Below, piece after piece: positions 39,467 through 50,182 of a DNA stretch of 64,000 bases. The position numbers and the translations under genes were made by a program. Location: the NCBI RefSeq assembly GCF_030651595.1, contig NZ_JAUSCH010000004.1, positions 74,026 to 138,025 of the forward strand. The letters run 5' to 3'. The DNA is from Candidatus Oleimmundimicrobium sp. GTDB lineage: Bacteria > Actinomycetota > Aquicultoria > UBA3085 > Oleimmundimicrobiaceae. Every line of letters starts with the position of its first letter. Within the stretch, counting starts at the first letter, position 1. The notes below the pieces were generated by a model, which was not told the DNA's origin, did not search any database, and saw only the letters and a list, made by a program, of their open reading frames with translations.

Positions 39467-40759
39467 TTAAACAATTAGCCTTCTGTTTTCGACAACTACA
39501 TTTCCTTTAACAATTAAATAGTCAGCTGCTCCATTAAGCTCCCAGTTATTAAAAGGTGAATTTTTGCTTTTAGACAGGAAGGTATTTGTATCAATCTTAA
39601 CTTTAGCCTCACTATTTATAATTGTAATATCTGCATCGCTTCCAATAGATAGTGTCCCTTTGTCTATATTTAAAATTTTGGCGGGCATAACTGTTAATTT
39701 AGAAATAAGATCCGATAAATTCAATATATTTTTTCCTACAATTTTGGTTAACATTAGAGGCAGAGTAGTTTCCAATCCAATCATACCAAAAGGAGCAAGC
39801 GCAAACTCAACATTCTTTTCGTAAATTGCGTGTGGGGCATGGTCGCTCGCAATAGCATCTATCACGCCCTCTGATAGTGCCCTGTTAAGAGCTTCTAAGT
39901 CATCCTTCCCTCGCAACGGCGGATTAACCTTATAGTTGGTATCATACTCAAGCAGTGTCTCGTCCGTTAAGATTAGGTGATGAGGTGCCGCATCACAAGT
40001 AATTTTTAAACCCCGTTCTTTCGCTTCTTTAATCATTCTAATCGACCCTTTAGTGCTAACATGGGTAAAATGAATTTGAGCATTTGTGAGTTCGGCTAAT
40101 ATTATGTCTCTCGCAATTGAAACCTCTTCAGCTGCTGACGGTATTCCTTTTAATCCCAGAATTGTCGAGTAATAGCCTTCATTGACTTGACCTCTTTTGG
40201 ATAATTCTTGGCACTCCGGGTGTGAAATTAACGAAATGTTAAACATCTTGCTATACTCAAGAGCCCGGCGCATAACTTCACTATTTTGTACGCAATTACC
40301 GTCATCAGAAAAAGTTATCGCACCCGAACTTTTAAGTATTGCCATTTCTGCTAATTCTTTGCCCTCGAGCTTTTTTGTTATAGCTGCCACAGGATAAACA
40401 TTAATTAAACCTACTTTTCTTGCCGTTTCAAGTATCATTTCCGTAACTGCCGGATTATCATTTACAGGTTCCGTGTTTGGCATACACGCAATTGAAGAAA
40501 AACCTCCCACCGCAGCAGCCTTACATCCACTTTCAATTGTTTCTTCATCTTCTCTTCCCGGTTCTCTTAAATGAACATGCATATCAATTAGCCCGGGTGA
40601 AACAATTTTTCCTTGAGCGTCAATTATTTTATGACCATTAGCTTTTATATTTTTTCCGATGGATGCTATCTTCCCGTCTTCTACTAAAACGTCTAAAACA
40701 TCATCGATGTTATTTGCAGGGTCAATTACTCTCCCCTTTTTAATTAGTAATTTTTTCAA
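39467..40759 (-). CDS. pyrC: Dihydroorotase
   Basis: DMHVHLREPG, MPNT.P, KVNPPLR, ASDHAPH. Confidence 0.97.
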   Translation of the reverse strand: MKKLLIKKGRVIDPANNIDDVLDVLVEDGKIASIGKNIKANGHKIIDAQGKIVSPGLIDMHVHLREPGREDEETIESGCKAAAVGGFSSIACMPNTEPVNDNPAVTEMILETARKVGLINVYPVAAITKKLEGKELAEMAILKSSGAITFSDDGNCVQNSEVMRRALEYSKMFNISLISHPECQELSKRGQVNEGYYSTILGLKGIPSAAEEVSIARDIILAELTNAQIHFTHVSTKGSIRMIKEAKERGLKITCDAAPHHLILTDETLLEYDTNYKVNPPLRGKDDLEALNRALSEGVIDAIASDHAPHAIYEKNVEFALAPFGMIGLETTLPLMLTKIVGKNILNLSDLISKLTVMPAKILNIDKGTLSIGSDADITIINSEAKVKIDTNTFLSKSKNSPFNNWELNGAADYLIVKGNVVVENRRLIV

Positions 40760-41681
40760 ATTCTCCGCCTCCTAGTAAAACATAAAGCACGGCCATTCTA
40801 ACTGCTACACCGTTAACAACCTGATCTGTAATAACAGCTTGTGGCATATCTGCAACTTCGTAAGAAATTTCGATTCCCCTATTCATCGGGCCCGGATGCA
40901 TTATTAAAACATTTTTTTTGGCTTTTTTGAATCTATTAAAATTTAAACTGTATAAATTTGTATATTCCCGTATGGATGGGAACAAACTTTCCGTTTGTCG
41001 CTCCAATTGAATTCGCAACATATAGATAATGTCGAATTTACCGATAACTTTATCAAAATCGTATTCAACCTTTGCTCCCATGGCCTCTGCTTCCATGGGA
41101 ATTAATGTTGGAGGGCCAACGAGAGTGACCTTTGCTCCCATTTTAGTTAAGGCTAGCGTATTTGACCGAGCGACCCTACTATGAGCAATGTCTCCGACAA
41201 TTCCTACATGAAGACCGTTAATTCTACCAAGCTTTTCTTTAATGGTATACAGGTCAAGCAATGCTTGAGTAGGGTGTTCGTGAGCTCCATCACCAGCGTT
41301 TATTACATTAGCGTTAATGTTTTTAGCAAAAAAATGAGGAGCTCCAGCCGAAGGATGTCTAATAATAACCGCATCAGCTCCAAGCGCCTCTATTGTTTTT
41401 GCAGTATCCCTAAGGGACTCACCTTTAGTTAAACTACTGTTCTTTGCGGAAATATTTACGACATCAGCGCTCAATCGTTTTGCTGCTAATTCGAAGGAAA
41501 TTCTTGTTCGTGTGCTAGGTTCGACAAATAAATTTACAACTGTTTTTCCGCGTAAGGTAGGAACTTTTTTAATATCACGAGCTAATATCTCTTTGAAAGA
41601 TTCTCCCAACTCGAGAATACATTGGATCTCTTCCTTTTTTAGTCCTTTAATGCCAAGTAAATCTTTTTTCTCAAATGCCAT
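40740..41681 (-). CDS. pyrB: Aspartate carbamoyltransferase
   Basis: EPSTRTR.SFE, NAGDG.HEHPTQ, HPGP.NRG. Confidence 0.98.
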   Translation of the reverse strand: MAFEKKDLLGIKGLKKEEIQCILELGESFKEILARDIKKVPTLRGKTVVNLFVEPSTRTRISFELAAKRLSADVVNISAKNSSLTKGESLRDTAKTIEALGADAVIIRHPSAGAPHFFAKNINANVINAGDGAHEHPTQALLDLYTIKEKLGRINGLHVGIVGDIAHSRVARSNTLALTKMGAKVTLVGPPTLIPMEAEAMGAKVEYDFDKVIGKFDIIYMLRIQLERQTESLFPSIREYTNLYSLNFNRFKKAKKNVLIMHPGPMNRGIEISYEVADMPQAVITDQVVNGVAVRMAVLYVLLGGGEFEKITN

Positions 41682-41720
41682 TTAATCCTCCGTCAAAAAA
41701 ATCCTCACTTTAAATGAGGA

Positions 41721-42278
<558 letters not shown>

Positions 42279-42291
42279 TTAATCTCCTGAA

Positions 42292-42441
42292 TAAAAAAAA
42301 TACCCTCCGATATCATTAAAGGTAAGGTATTTCGTTAAACTTTTCTAAATTATTTTTTTTCAAATCACTCTGCTCCTTCCTGATCTCTCGGGACCAGTTT
42401 AAAGGTTAAGTTATATTATCAATTTTATTGTGTAATGTCAA
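42292..42441 (-). promoter_or_regulatory. PyrR attenuator leader (promoter, PyrR-binding hairpin, terminator)
   Basis: TTGACA at 42441; CCTTTAA-ACTGGTCCCGAGAGATCAG-GAAGG binding loop; AAATACCTT/AGGGTATTT stem plus T-run. Confidence 0.88.
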
Positions 42442-42554
42442 CAGATAGCATTAACCTTAATTTTTGACCTATTTTTAGTTACTTGTTAACTTTTGTATTT
42501 ATCAATCATTCAATCAATAAACCCTAAAAACTCGCACCTTATAGTCGTGTTTTT

Positions 42555-43421
42555 TTATTTAAGCTCAATCATTTCAATAGAAGAAGTTTCGCAATCCAGA
42601 AACAAAAGTCGATTCCTTAAGGGTTTCCCAATCTTTAAAAGAATTTTAACAACCTCTTGAGCTTGAAGAGCGGCAACTAACACTGGGGTAACAACTGGAA
42701 TACCTAAAGATACCTCCACCCCTCTTTCTTCTTTTCGAAAGAAGCTGTCAATTAAATCCAACCCGGGGTCTTCGGGAAAGATAGTGGATATTTCTCCAAT
42801 AAAACCTGCAATTGCACCATGTATTAAAGGAATTTTTAATTCTTTAGCGGCTTTTTGAAGAGCCAAACGCGTAGAAAAAGTATCCAAAGCGCTAACTATT
42901 ACATCACTATCCTTTAAAATTTTCTTAAATTCCTTTTCGCCGGCTTTTATTTGATAAGGGCAAACTTTGACAGAGGAATTAATTTTAGCCACTCTCTTAA
43001 TAGAAGATATAGTTTTCTCTTCTCCAATATTTTCTTCGGTCACTAAAAGCTGCCTATTTAAGTTGCTTTCCTCAAAAATATCTCCATCAATAACCAGTAT
43101 TCGGCCAACTCCAAAGCGGGCCAAAAGCTCAACAACGGTTCCTCCTAAACCACCTAACCCCACTACGGCAACTTTTGATTTAAGTAGTTTAATTTGACCT
43201 TTGATGTTAATTGTTCCAATATTACGCAAATATCTTCGAGGAATAGTTTCATTTTCAAGAGCCATAATTTCAACTTGATAACCATAAAGATTAAATGAGA
43301 TGGCAATTTTTTGCACCTCTTTAAGAGAAATGCTGTTTACCAGGGTCCCATTCGATACTTTGATCTTTTTAAAATGTTTTTTTATCTCAATAATAATTTT
43401 TTCTTTTCCATGGTCATCCAT
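42555..43421 (-). CDS. ThiF/MoeB-family adenylyltransferase
   Basis: RYLRN, VVGLGGLG, DGD.FEESNLNRQ; follows a MoaD-like gene. Confidence 0.92.
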   Translation of the reverse strand: MDDHGKEKIIIEIKKHFKKIKVSNGTLVNSISLKEVQKIAISFNLYGYQVEIMALENETIPRRYLRNIGTINIKGQIKLLKSKVAVVGLGGLGGTVVELLARFGVGRILVIDGDIFEESNLNRQLLVTEENIGEEKTISSIKRVAKINSSVKVCPYQIKAGEKEFKKILKDSDVIVSALDTFSTRLALQKAAKELKIPLIHGAIAGFIGEISTIFPEDPGLDLIDSFFRKEERGVEVSLGIPVVTPVLVAALQAQEVVKILLKIGKPLRNRLLFLDCETSSIEMIELK

Positions 43422-43444
43422 ATTTTTTCGCCTTATTTTCTTTG

Positions 43445-43684
43445 CTATCCTCCTCCAACTGGTGGGAAGAGAGCCACTCTATCTCCATCTTGAAGCACTT
43501 GCTTTGAATCAGCGTTTCTCCCGTTAATTATTATTATATGAACATCCTTTTCGGGAATATTAAATTTATTTAAAAGACTTGCAATCGTTGTCCCCTCCTC
43601 AATCTCTACAGTTGAAAATTGAGGAATCTTGTTTTTTTCGGCATATTTTATAAGTGTGGCGTAAAACCGCAATTCTATTTTCAT
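43445..43684 (-). CDS. MoaD/ThiS-family sulfur carrier
   Basis: Beta-grasp size, DGDRVALFPPVGGG C-terminus. Confidence 0.93.
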   Translation of the reverse strand: MKIELRFYATLIKYAEKNKIPQFSTVEIEEGTTIASLLNKFNIPEKDVHIIIINGRNADSKQVLQDGDRVALFPPVGGG

Positions 43685-43700
43685 TTTATGCCTCAATTTT

Positions 43701-43734
43701 AGAAAAAGGCCTGGCGTACGCCAGGCCTTTTTCT
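43701..43734. terminator. Perfect 34-bp palindromic (bidirectional) terminator after aor
   Basis: AGAAAAAGGCCTGGCGT|ACGCCAGGCCTTTTTCT. Confidence 0.9.
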
Positions 43735-43736
43735 CT

Positions 43737-45467
43737 CTAGTCTTCGTGCACGCTGTCTAAATCTTCGTTGGAAACATCAAACACCGTGTTGTGAGGCGGC
43801 AGCTTCTCCTTGGTCATAAAGAGAGGTAATCTATCATGTGCCTTGGTAAAACCAACCCTCTTATTGAAGTCCCGCTCCGTCTGAAGCACTTTTTTGCCCA
43901 GTTTCGTTACATCATCACCTGTAAGTTTCAAACCATACATAGCATTCAGCATATCAACTACAGCTGGATTAGCACGTTCATTTGTGAGGGTTGCAAAAGC
44001 AACAAAGAGACATAGCCCTGTGCAGTCAGTCGCGGCAGTTGCAACCTGAAAGGCCTTGGAAAGATCCGCTTTTCCTTTTGGATCCAGCGGGTCAACTTTC
44101 CCGCCACACCCGGCAATCTCCATAGCTATAACGTAACCGGCAGTGTGGTCAGCGCCCATCGGAGATGTGGCGTAAGTAACTCCTGTGCCCTTCGTGGCCC
44201 TTGGGTCGTAAGCAGGCATTCCCTGTCCTTTAACCTGGGGCACACGTTCAATGCCATAGACTTTTCCGAGGCAAGTACAACCGCTCCCCACAATTTTTCC
44301 TAAGGGAGATCCTTTTTCGGCCTCTTTAAGAAGGTTGATAGCGCCTTCCCCGTCGCCGAAAGAAATTATTCCGGCCTCCATGGCCACTCCGATTGTGTCA
44401 CCCATCTCTATGGTATCCAACCCGATGTCATCACAGAGTCTGTTTAGTCGGGCAACGATGTCGAGGTCACCAATACCACAGTTGGCCCCCAAGGCCCAGA
44501 TACTCTCGTACTCAAAACCACCGGTTATTTCAGTTCCATCCTCAAGTTTGTAAACGTTGGAGCAGTCAATTATGCAACCCGGTGAACAAGGATGGGTGGG
44601 ATTTCCTTTTCTCTTAAGGATGATCTCCCTCATCGTTTCCCCACTGATATTATTTGCTTCCTCAAAACGGCCGCTGGAGAAATTTTTTGTAGGAAGCGCT
44701 CCGGCTTCGTTTAGGATATTGATGAGAATAGCCGTTCCGTAAAGAGGTAGCCCTTCACCGCTAATTGAGTCTTTTTTAAGGGTATCGGCAAAAACCTTGG
44801 CTGCCTTGTTAAAGGAATCTTTATCTTTAATGTTGACTCCTGGCGCGTCTGTTCCGTCAACCACAATGGCTTTTATCCCCTTGGAGCCCATTACCGCACC
44901 AAGCCCTCCTCTTCCAGCTTGCCTGGTTGGAACGCCATCAATATCAGTAACCGAAATATTGGCCGCGGCCATCTTGGCTTCACCAGCCGGGCCTATGCAA
45001 GCAATAGCTACTTTCTCGCCATATTTTGCCCGCAGCTTTTCAACGGCGTTATATACCAGTTCGTTCTTTAATTCGTTAGACGGTTTAAGAGTAGCGCCAT
45101 CTTTATTGACCAATAAAACATAAGATTCGCCATCTTTCGCCTTGCCTTCGATAATTATCCCCGCAATCTGTAATTTGGCGAGTCTTACGCCCAGCGTTCC
45201 TCCAACGTTTGATTCCTTAATCCCTCCGGTAAGAGGACTTTTTGCCCCAAAAGAAACCCTACCCGAATTCGGGCAATTTGTCCCTCCCAATAAACCAGGG
45301 GCAATCACTAACTTGTTTTCTTCACCCAACGGATGACATAATGGATTTACTTCTGCCGCCACTACGGCTGAAGTAAATCCTCGTCCGCCCAGTCCATCAT
45401 ATTCCTTGGAAACATCCTCCAATTTTACTTCTTTTTTTGTTAGATTAACCCTTATTATTTTTGACAT
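43737..45467 (-). CDS. aor: Tungsten-type aldehyde:ferredoxin oxidoreductase
   Basis: KSPLTGGIKESN.GG, IGPAGE, GRGGLGAVMGSK, CSPGCIIDC, EYES, GLDTI, GADH. Confidence 0.95.
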   Translation of the reverse strand: MSKIIRVNLTKKEVKLEDVSKEYDGLGGRGFTSAVVAAEVNPLCHPLGEENKLVIAPGLLGGTNCPNSGRVSFGAKSPLTGGIKESNVGGTLGVRLAKLQIAGIIIEGKAKDGESYVLLVNKDGATLKPSNELKNELVYNAVEKLRAKYGEKVAIACIGPAGEAKMAAANISVTDIDGVPTRQAGRGGLGAVMGSKGIKAIVVDGTDAPGVNIKDKDSFNKAAKVFADTLKKDSISGEGLPLYGTAILINILNEAGALPTKNFSSGRFEEANNISGETMREIILKRKGNPTHPCSPGCIIDCSNVYKLEDGTEITGGFEYESIWALGANCGIGDLDIVARLNRLCDDIGLDTIEMGDTIGVAMEAGIISFGDGEGAINLLKEAEKGSPLGKIVGSGCTCLGKVYGIERVPQVKGQGMPAYDPRATKGTGVTYATSPMGADHTAGYVIAMEIAGCGGKVDPLDPKGKADLSKAFQVATAATDCTGLCLFVAFATLTNERANPAVVDMLNAMYGLKLTGDDVTKLGKKVLQTERDFNKRVGFTKAHDRLPLFMTKEKLPPHNTVFDVSNEDLDSVHED

Positions 45468-45746
45468 GCCATGCCTCCTTTTTCCTAATAAACCACCTAA
45501 AAAAATTTGTTCTAAAATTCAAATTATCTAAGACTAACCACTTTCCTAAAAAACAAAACTGAACTCGGAGCACTTAGTTTAATTTTAATCCTTTCATATT
45601 GAAAAATATTCTTAATAGATTTATCGGCACAACCCAATAAATTCTTTATTTTTTTAAAGAAAGCGAAAATGTTTCCCATAAAACAAACTATTACCGCAAA
45701 CAAGTCAGACAACATACCTTCTTAAGCAAACAAAAAACTGAAGTTA

Positions 45747-46025
45747 TCAATATCTTACCTGAAATTCTTCAAACTCACCCTTATAACCTTCCTTCTTAAC
45801 CTTAACATTAGTTACCTTAGCTGAGGGCGGACCTTGATATACCAAATCAATAACTTTTTTAACATCTTTTTCTTCACCTTCCAAAATCATTTTAACCGAG
45901 CCGTCAGACGCGTTCTTTACCCAACCAATTACTTTATTGTTTTCGGCAATCTCCTTGGTATATGAACGAAAATACACTCCTTGAACCTTTCCGGTAACTT
46001 TTACATAAACACAAACTTTTGCCAT
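45747..46025 (-). CDS. acyP: Acylphosphatase
   Basis: GKVQGVYFR, GWVKN..DGSV, GPP.A.V. Confidence 0.96.
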   Translation of the reverse strand: MAKVCVYVKVTGKVQGVYFRSYTKEIAENNKVIGWVKNASDGSVKMILEGEEKDVKKVIDLVYQGPPSAKVTNVKVKKEGYKGEFEEFQVRY

Positions 46026-46129
46026 ATTTTCACCTTGAAACATTTACATTTTATAGTTTCAACTATTCACTCTTGTTGATTGATAATAATGATTAAAACT
46101 TTTAATTAACGCCTGCTGATTTATCGCTA

Positions 46130-47524
46130 TTACTTATATCGATTAACGGTAAACCTAAATAGCTCAACTTGTTCATCAGGGTTAATGCACGCTTTTTGCC
46201 TGGCTATATCAACTTGTTTTTTGGCGGTTTCAATACCTTCAATATCCGGTAATAGAAGACCTGTTCTGAACCCTGACCTCACAATGACTCCATATTTTTT
46301 AGGATTTAAATAACTTTCATCCGGAATTAATTCAGAGGGATTTAAAATATCAACTGAATAGGTTAAATTGGTTAATTCAGATTCGGTAAGAGGAGAAAAT
46401 CTTGGATCAGAGGTCGCTGCTTGTGCTGCATTTTTTATAATTTCTTCTGCAATATTTTTTTGGCAAGGGAAAGTCGTGCCTACGCAACCCCTAAGTGTCT
46501 TACCACGCTTTATGCTTATAAAAACCCCTGCTTTTTTATTTAAAAGTTCTTTAGTCAAGTCGTTTGGTGGATTTAACATCTTTCCTTTTTTTATATAATG
46601 CTCAACCGCACTACGAGCTAACTTTACGGGATTGCTCTCTTTTTTTCTAAGTTCCTTTATTCTTGCAGATTCTTCAGCCATTATCTTTGTTAAAAAACTC
46701 TTCTCTTTATCTTCTTCAACTGGCGTAACCATGGCAACCATATAACCCACACCAAAAGGTCCTTCGTATGACAATACTTGCGACTTAGTCCTCCATCCAT
46801 CGAAAACTCCGCCTAAAGTTATGAAAGAACGCAATCCACATTCTCCGGCATCTTCAATGAGAGCTTTATCGATTTTAAGCAATTCTTCAAAAGCACCTTT
46901 CTCGATTATTTTCTTAACCTTTAAGTCGAAGTCTATACCTCTTGGACTATATCCAATCGGAGCAGAAGGGGTAAGCCTATGTGAAAGATCGCCACTTGCA
47001 ATAAAAGCGACTTTTTTATTTAATTTTTTAGCAGCTCTTTGAACAGCTATGCCCAACTGATAATGTTTTAAATAACTTAGGTATGAAATAGACAATGAAA
47101 CTATGGGAACCTCAAATTTTTTTCTAAAATAATACAACGGAACCAATACTCCGTGGTCAAGTTCCTCAAGATATTTATATCTCTCACTCCCCAAATCAAC
47201 CATAGGTATGTCCAAATTAACAGCTTCCTCAATTGTGAGGTTTGCCATCTTCAGATCATTCTCAATATTAAATTTTAGAGAAAATTCCCCAAATTGGGCA
47301 AAAGAACCTTTAAGTTCAGGGGATGTCTTTACTGCTATTGCATCGGAAAAAGCGGGGCTATGCGGAGATATAAAAACTAATATATCGGGATTTAAAGAAG
47401 CTACTTTCTCTGCCATTTCATGCATGGCTTTTTGAGTGGCCTTTATTTTTAATAAACTATTTCCGCCAATTTCAGGTATCAATATTGGCGGATGAGGCGT
47501 TATGTAACCAATTATAATAGACAT
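46130..47524 (-). CDS. Memo/LigB-AMMECR1 fusion (AmmeMemoRadiSam B+A)
   Basis: PHPP, SPH, DHG, SGDLSH, ECG, PFGVGY; C-terminal LRGCVG, DPRF, GLLLP. Confidence 0.92.
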   Translation of the reverse strand: MSIIIGYITPHPPILIPEIGGNSLLKIKATQKAMHEMAEKVASLNPDILVFISPHSPAFSDAIAVKTSPELKGSFAQFGEFSLKFNIENDLKMANLTIEEAVNLDIPMVDLGSERYKYLEELDHGVLVPLYYFRKKFEVPIVSLSISYLSYLKHYQLGIAVQRAAKKLNKKVAFIASGDLSHRLTPSAPIGYSPRGIDFDLKVKKIIEKGAFEELLKIDKALIEDAGECGLRSFITLGGVFDGWRTKSQVLSYEGPFGVGYMVAMVTPVEEDKEKSFLTKIMAEESARIKELRKKESNPVKLARSAVEHYIKKGKMLNPPNDLTKELLNKKAGVFISIKRGKTLRGCVGTTFPCQKNIAEEIIKNAAQAATSDPRFSPLTESELTNLTYSVDILNPSELIPDESYLNPKKYGVIVRSGFRTGLLLPDIEGIETAKKQVDIARQKACINPDEQVELFRFTVNRYK

Positions 47525-47544
47525 GAAGTCCTCCACTCACATGA

Positions 47545-48855
47545 CTATACAAGCTCCCCTTTTAAAGACCAAGAACGTGCCTCTTTTATCTTAACTCTTA
47601 CCAGCTTGTTAATCAACGATGGCCGGCCTAAAAAATTGATCACTTTGTTAGTTCTGGTTCTACCCGTTAAAACATCACCATTCTTCTTGCTCAAACCCTC
47701 AACCAAAACTTCAACTTCATCCCCAACAAAAGATAGATTACATTTAAGACTGTTTCTGTTTTGTACCTCTAAAAGCCTGTTAAATCTATCCATCTTAACT
47801 TCATCTGTAATTTGATTTTTCATTTCAGCTGCTTTCGTTCCTTCTCTTGGTGAATAAATAAACGTAAAGGCATTATCAAACTTTGCTTGTTTAACAACAT
47901 CAAGTGTATCCAGAAAATCTTCTTCTTTTTCTCCTGGAAAACCAACCATTATGTCAGTTGTTATGCTGCAGGATGGAACAATTTCATAAATTTCTTCAAC
48001 AAGATTCAGGTAGCTCTCTTTTGTATATCCTCTTCCCATAGCTTTTAAAACATTGTCTGAACCAGCTTGAATCGGAAGATGCACGTGTTCACAAACCTTT
48101 TCGCGTTCAGCAAGAGCTAAGATTACATCGTTGTTAAAATCACGCGGATGGGAGCTAATAAACCTAATCCTCTTAATTCCCTCGATTTTATTTAATCTTT
48201 TTAAGAGTTCAGCAAATCGTAGTTTATTGTAAATATCTCGTCCGTACGAATTTACATTTTGGCCGAGCAAGGTTATTTCTAAAAATCCTTCATCGGCTAG
48301 TTTTTCAACTTCGAAAACAATATCTTCAAATGGTCGGCTCATCTCCCTTCCCCGCACATAGGGAACGATACAATAAGAGCAAAAATTGTTACATCCGGTT
48401 GATATACTTACCCAAGTCCTAACAAGATTTTTACGTTCAATGGGAAAAATTTTGAGCTCGTCGCGTGGAGCCCGTAAAATTTCACAAACAACCTTCTTAT
48501 TCTTCGCTTTCTCGATAAGGTTTGGAAGACTTGCAATATTGTGTGTTCCAAAAACCACATCAACGTGAGGTAATATTTTTTGCAGATTTACCCCCTCTTT
48601 TTGAGCAACACAACCACCCACTGCAATTATTAACTCTTTTTTCTTTTCTTTAAGCGATTTTAACGAGCCAACAACTCCAAAAAGTCTATCTTCAGCAGAC
48701 TTACGTACACAGCAGGTATTAAAGACCACAATATCTGCGTCATTTATATCCTTTGCCCATTTGTAGCCGCAAGATAGAAGTAAACCGGCAATCTTTTCGG
48801 AATCATGTTTATTCATCTGACAACCATATGTCACTATAAAAAACTTTTTATTCAT
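47545..48855 (-). CDS. miaB: tRNA-2-methylthio-N6-dimethylallyladenosine synthase
   Basis: TYGCQMN.HDSE, GCNNFCSYCIVPYVRGRE, C-terminal TRAM domain. Confidence 0.97.
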   Translation of the reverse strand: MNKKFFIVTYGCQMNKHDSEKIAGLLLSCGYKWAKDINDADIVVFNTCCVRKSAEDRLFGVVGSLKSLKEKKKELIIAVGGCVAQKEGVNLQKILPHVDVVFGTHNIASLPNLIEKAKNKKVVCEILRAPRDELKIFPIERKNLVRTWVSISTGCNNFCSYCIVPYVRGREMSRPFEDIVFEVEKLADEGFLEITLLGQNVNSYGRDIYNKLRFAELLKRLNKIEGIKRIRFISSHPRDFNNDVILALAEREKVCEHVHLPIQAGSDNVLKAMGRGYTKESYLNLVEEIYEIVPSCSITTDIMVGFPGEKEEDFLDTLDVVKQAKFDNAFTFIYSPREGTKAAEMKNQITDEVKMDRFNRLLEVQNRNSLKCNLSFVGDEVEVLVEGLSKKNGDVLTGRTRTNKVINFLGRPSLINKLVRVKIKEARSWSLKGELV

Positions 48856-48982
48856 CTCTTCACCAAAAACAGTAGTTTAACAGGAAAATTATATCATAAA
48901 TTAATTCTAACCAAACCCACCGAAATTAATTAAGAAAATGATGTTTTAGTGGAAGAATAGTTAGTAAATAGCTATTAACAAA

Positions 48983-49792
48983 TTAAGCCTTTAACTTTTT
49001 CAAATCATCAACAATTGAGTCAGGAACATTGATCGAACCAATAAGCAATTCTCTGCTTAATCCATGACAATCTGATCCGCCGGTTACTATTAACCCAAAT
49101 TTATTCGCCATTTTTTTGTATTTTCGAGTTTGAGCACTATTATGTCTGCTATGATATGCTTCTAACCCTTGAAGACCCGCCTTAACAAAATTAGGAATAA
49201 ATTCATCAACTTTTGAAACACCAGGATGCGCCAGTACTGGTATTCCTTTGACTTTTTTTATAATTTTTATAACTTCTTCCGGAGTATATATGCTTTTTTT
49301 AATATAACATGGCCCTTTTTTGCCTATATATTTATTAAAAGCCTCTTGAATATTGTCAATGTAACCTTTTTCTAACATGGCCTTAGCCAAATGTACCCGC
49401 CCCACCGCAGTACCATCTCGGGTGTACTTGAGAACGTCTTTTAATAAGATGTCTAGGCCTATCTTTTGAAGGCGCTCAACCATTTTAAGAGCTCTTTCAT
49501 ATCTTGCTTCACGTAAATCTTTAAGATGTTTTTTAAACCATATATGTTCGTAATCAATACAGTATCCGAGAATGTGTATATCCTGACCGTCTAAATCTGA
49601 GCTTAGTTCGATGGCAGGAATTACTTCTACCCCCAACCGATTACCTTCTTTAATGGCTGGTTCAATCCCATCAACATTGTCGTGGTCGGTAATCGCGATT
49701 GCTCTTAACTTGAGTTTGGCTGCAAGCATAACAAGTTCCTCGGGCGTATAGGTTCCATCTGAAGCTGTGCTGTGTAAATGAAGGTCTATCAT
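48983..49792 (-). CDS. PHP-domain phosphoesterase (TrpH/RNase AM-like)
   Basis: DLHLHS.ASDG, ITDHD, HILGY, LAHP, GGSDCHG. Confidence 0.93.
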   Translation of the reverse strand: MIDLHLHSTASDGTYTPEELVMLAAKLKLRAIAITDHDNVDGIEPAIKEGNRLGVEVIPAIELSSDLDGQDIHILGYCIDYEHIWFKKHLKDLREARYERALKMVERLQKIGLDILLKDVLKYTRDGTAVGRVHLAKAMLEKGYIDNIQEAFNKYIGKKGPCYIKKSIYTPEEVIKIIKKVKGIPVLAHPGVSKVDEFIPNFVKAGLQGLEAYHSRHNSAQTRKYKKMANKFGLIVTGGSDCHGLSRELLIGSINVPDSIVDDLKKLKA

Positions 49793-50182
49793 TTTTTAAT
49801 AAACTGGGCTTCGTTAATTTTAAAATATTTCTAATGAAGCATCCTTACCGTAGCTCAATCAATGGCTTGGATTTCAGTCTCCCCTTTCTCGTGAATTATT
49901 ATTGATAATGTTTGCCCACAGAGTTTGAATTAGCCTCAAAAAAACCTTTAATACCCTTATGTTTCCTTTTTTATTCTATAACAAACAAGCATCAAATTAG
50001 AGTAAATTATCACCGTCCACAGGGCCGGTGGCTTTCCTGCCCCCGGTGAGGTCGGTATCTTGCCGACTTAAATTGGTTCTGGATTTTATTTAAATTTTTA
50101 CTCTATCGTAAAATTATCAAATTAAATACCATATCATTTTTGTTTTCACTTAAAAATGTTTTTTTCCTGCTTAAAATCAAAC

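Noticed and set aside
45524-45715. 63-aa ORF upstream of aor
   Set aside because: No motif or clear RBS; likely the aor promoter region
49828-49918. Minus-strand GGGCAAAC...GAAAGGGGAGAC as a c-di-GMP-I riboswitch
   Set aside because: Lacks the GACGCAAAG junction and a pairable P2/tetraloop receptor
50020-50082. CAGAACC and CAGGAAAGCC as RNase P or SRP RNA
   Set aside because: Motifs are imperfect and in the wrong order, the region is too short, and there is no SRP GGAA-loop/AGCAG motif
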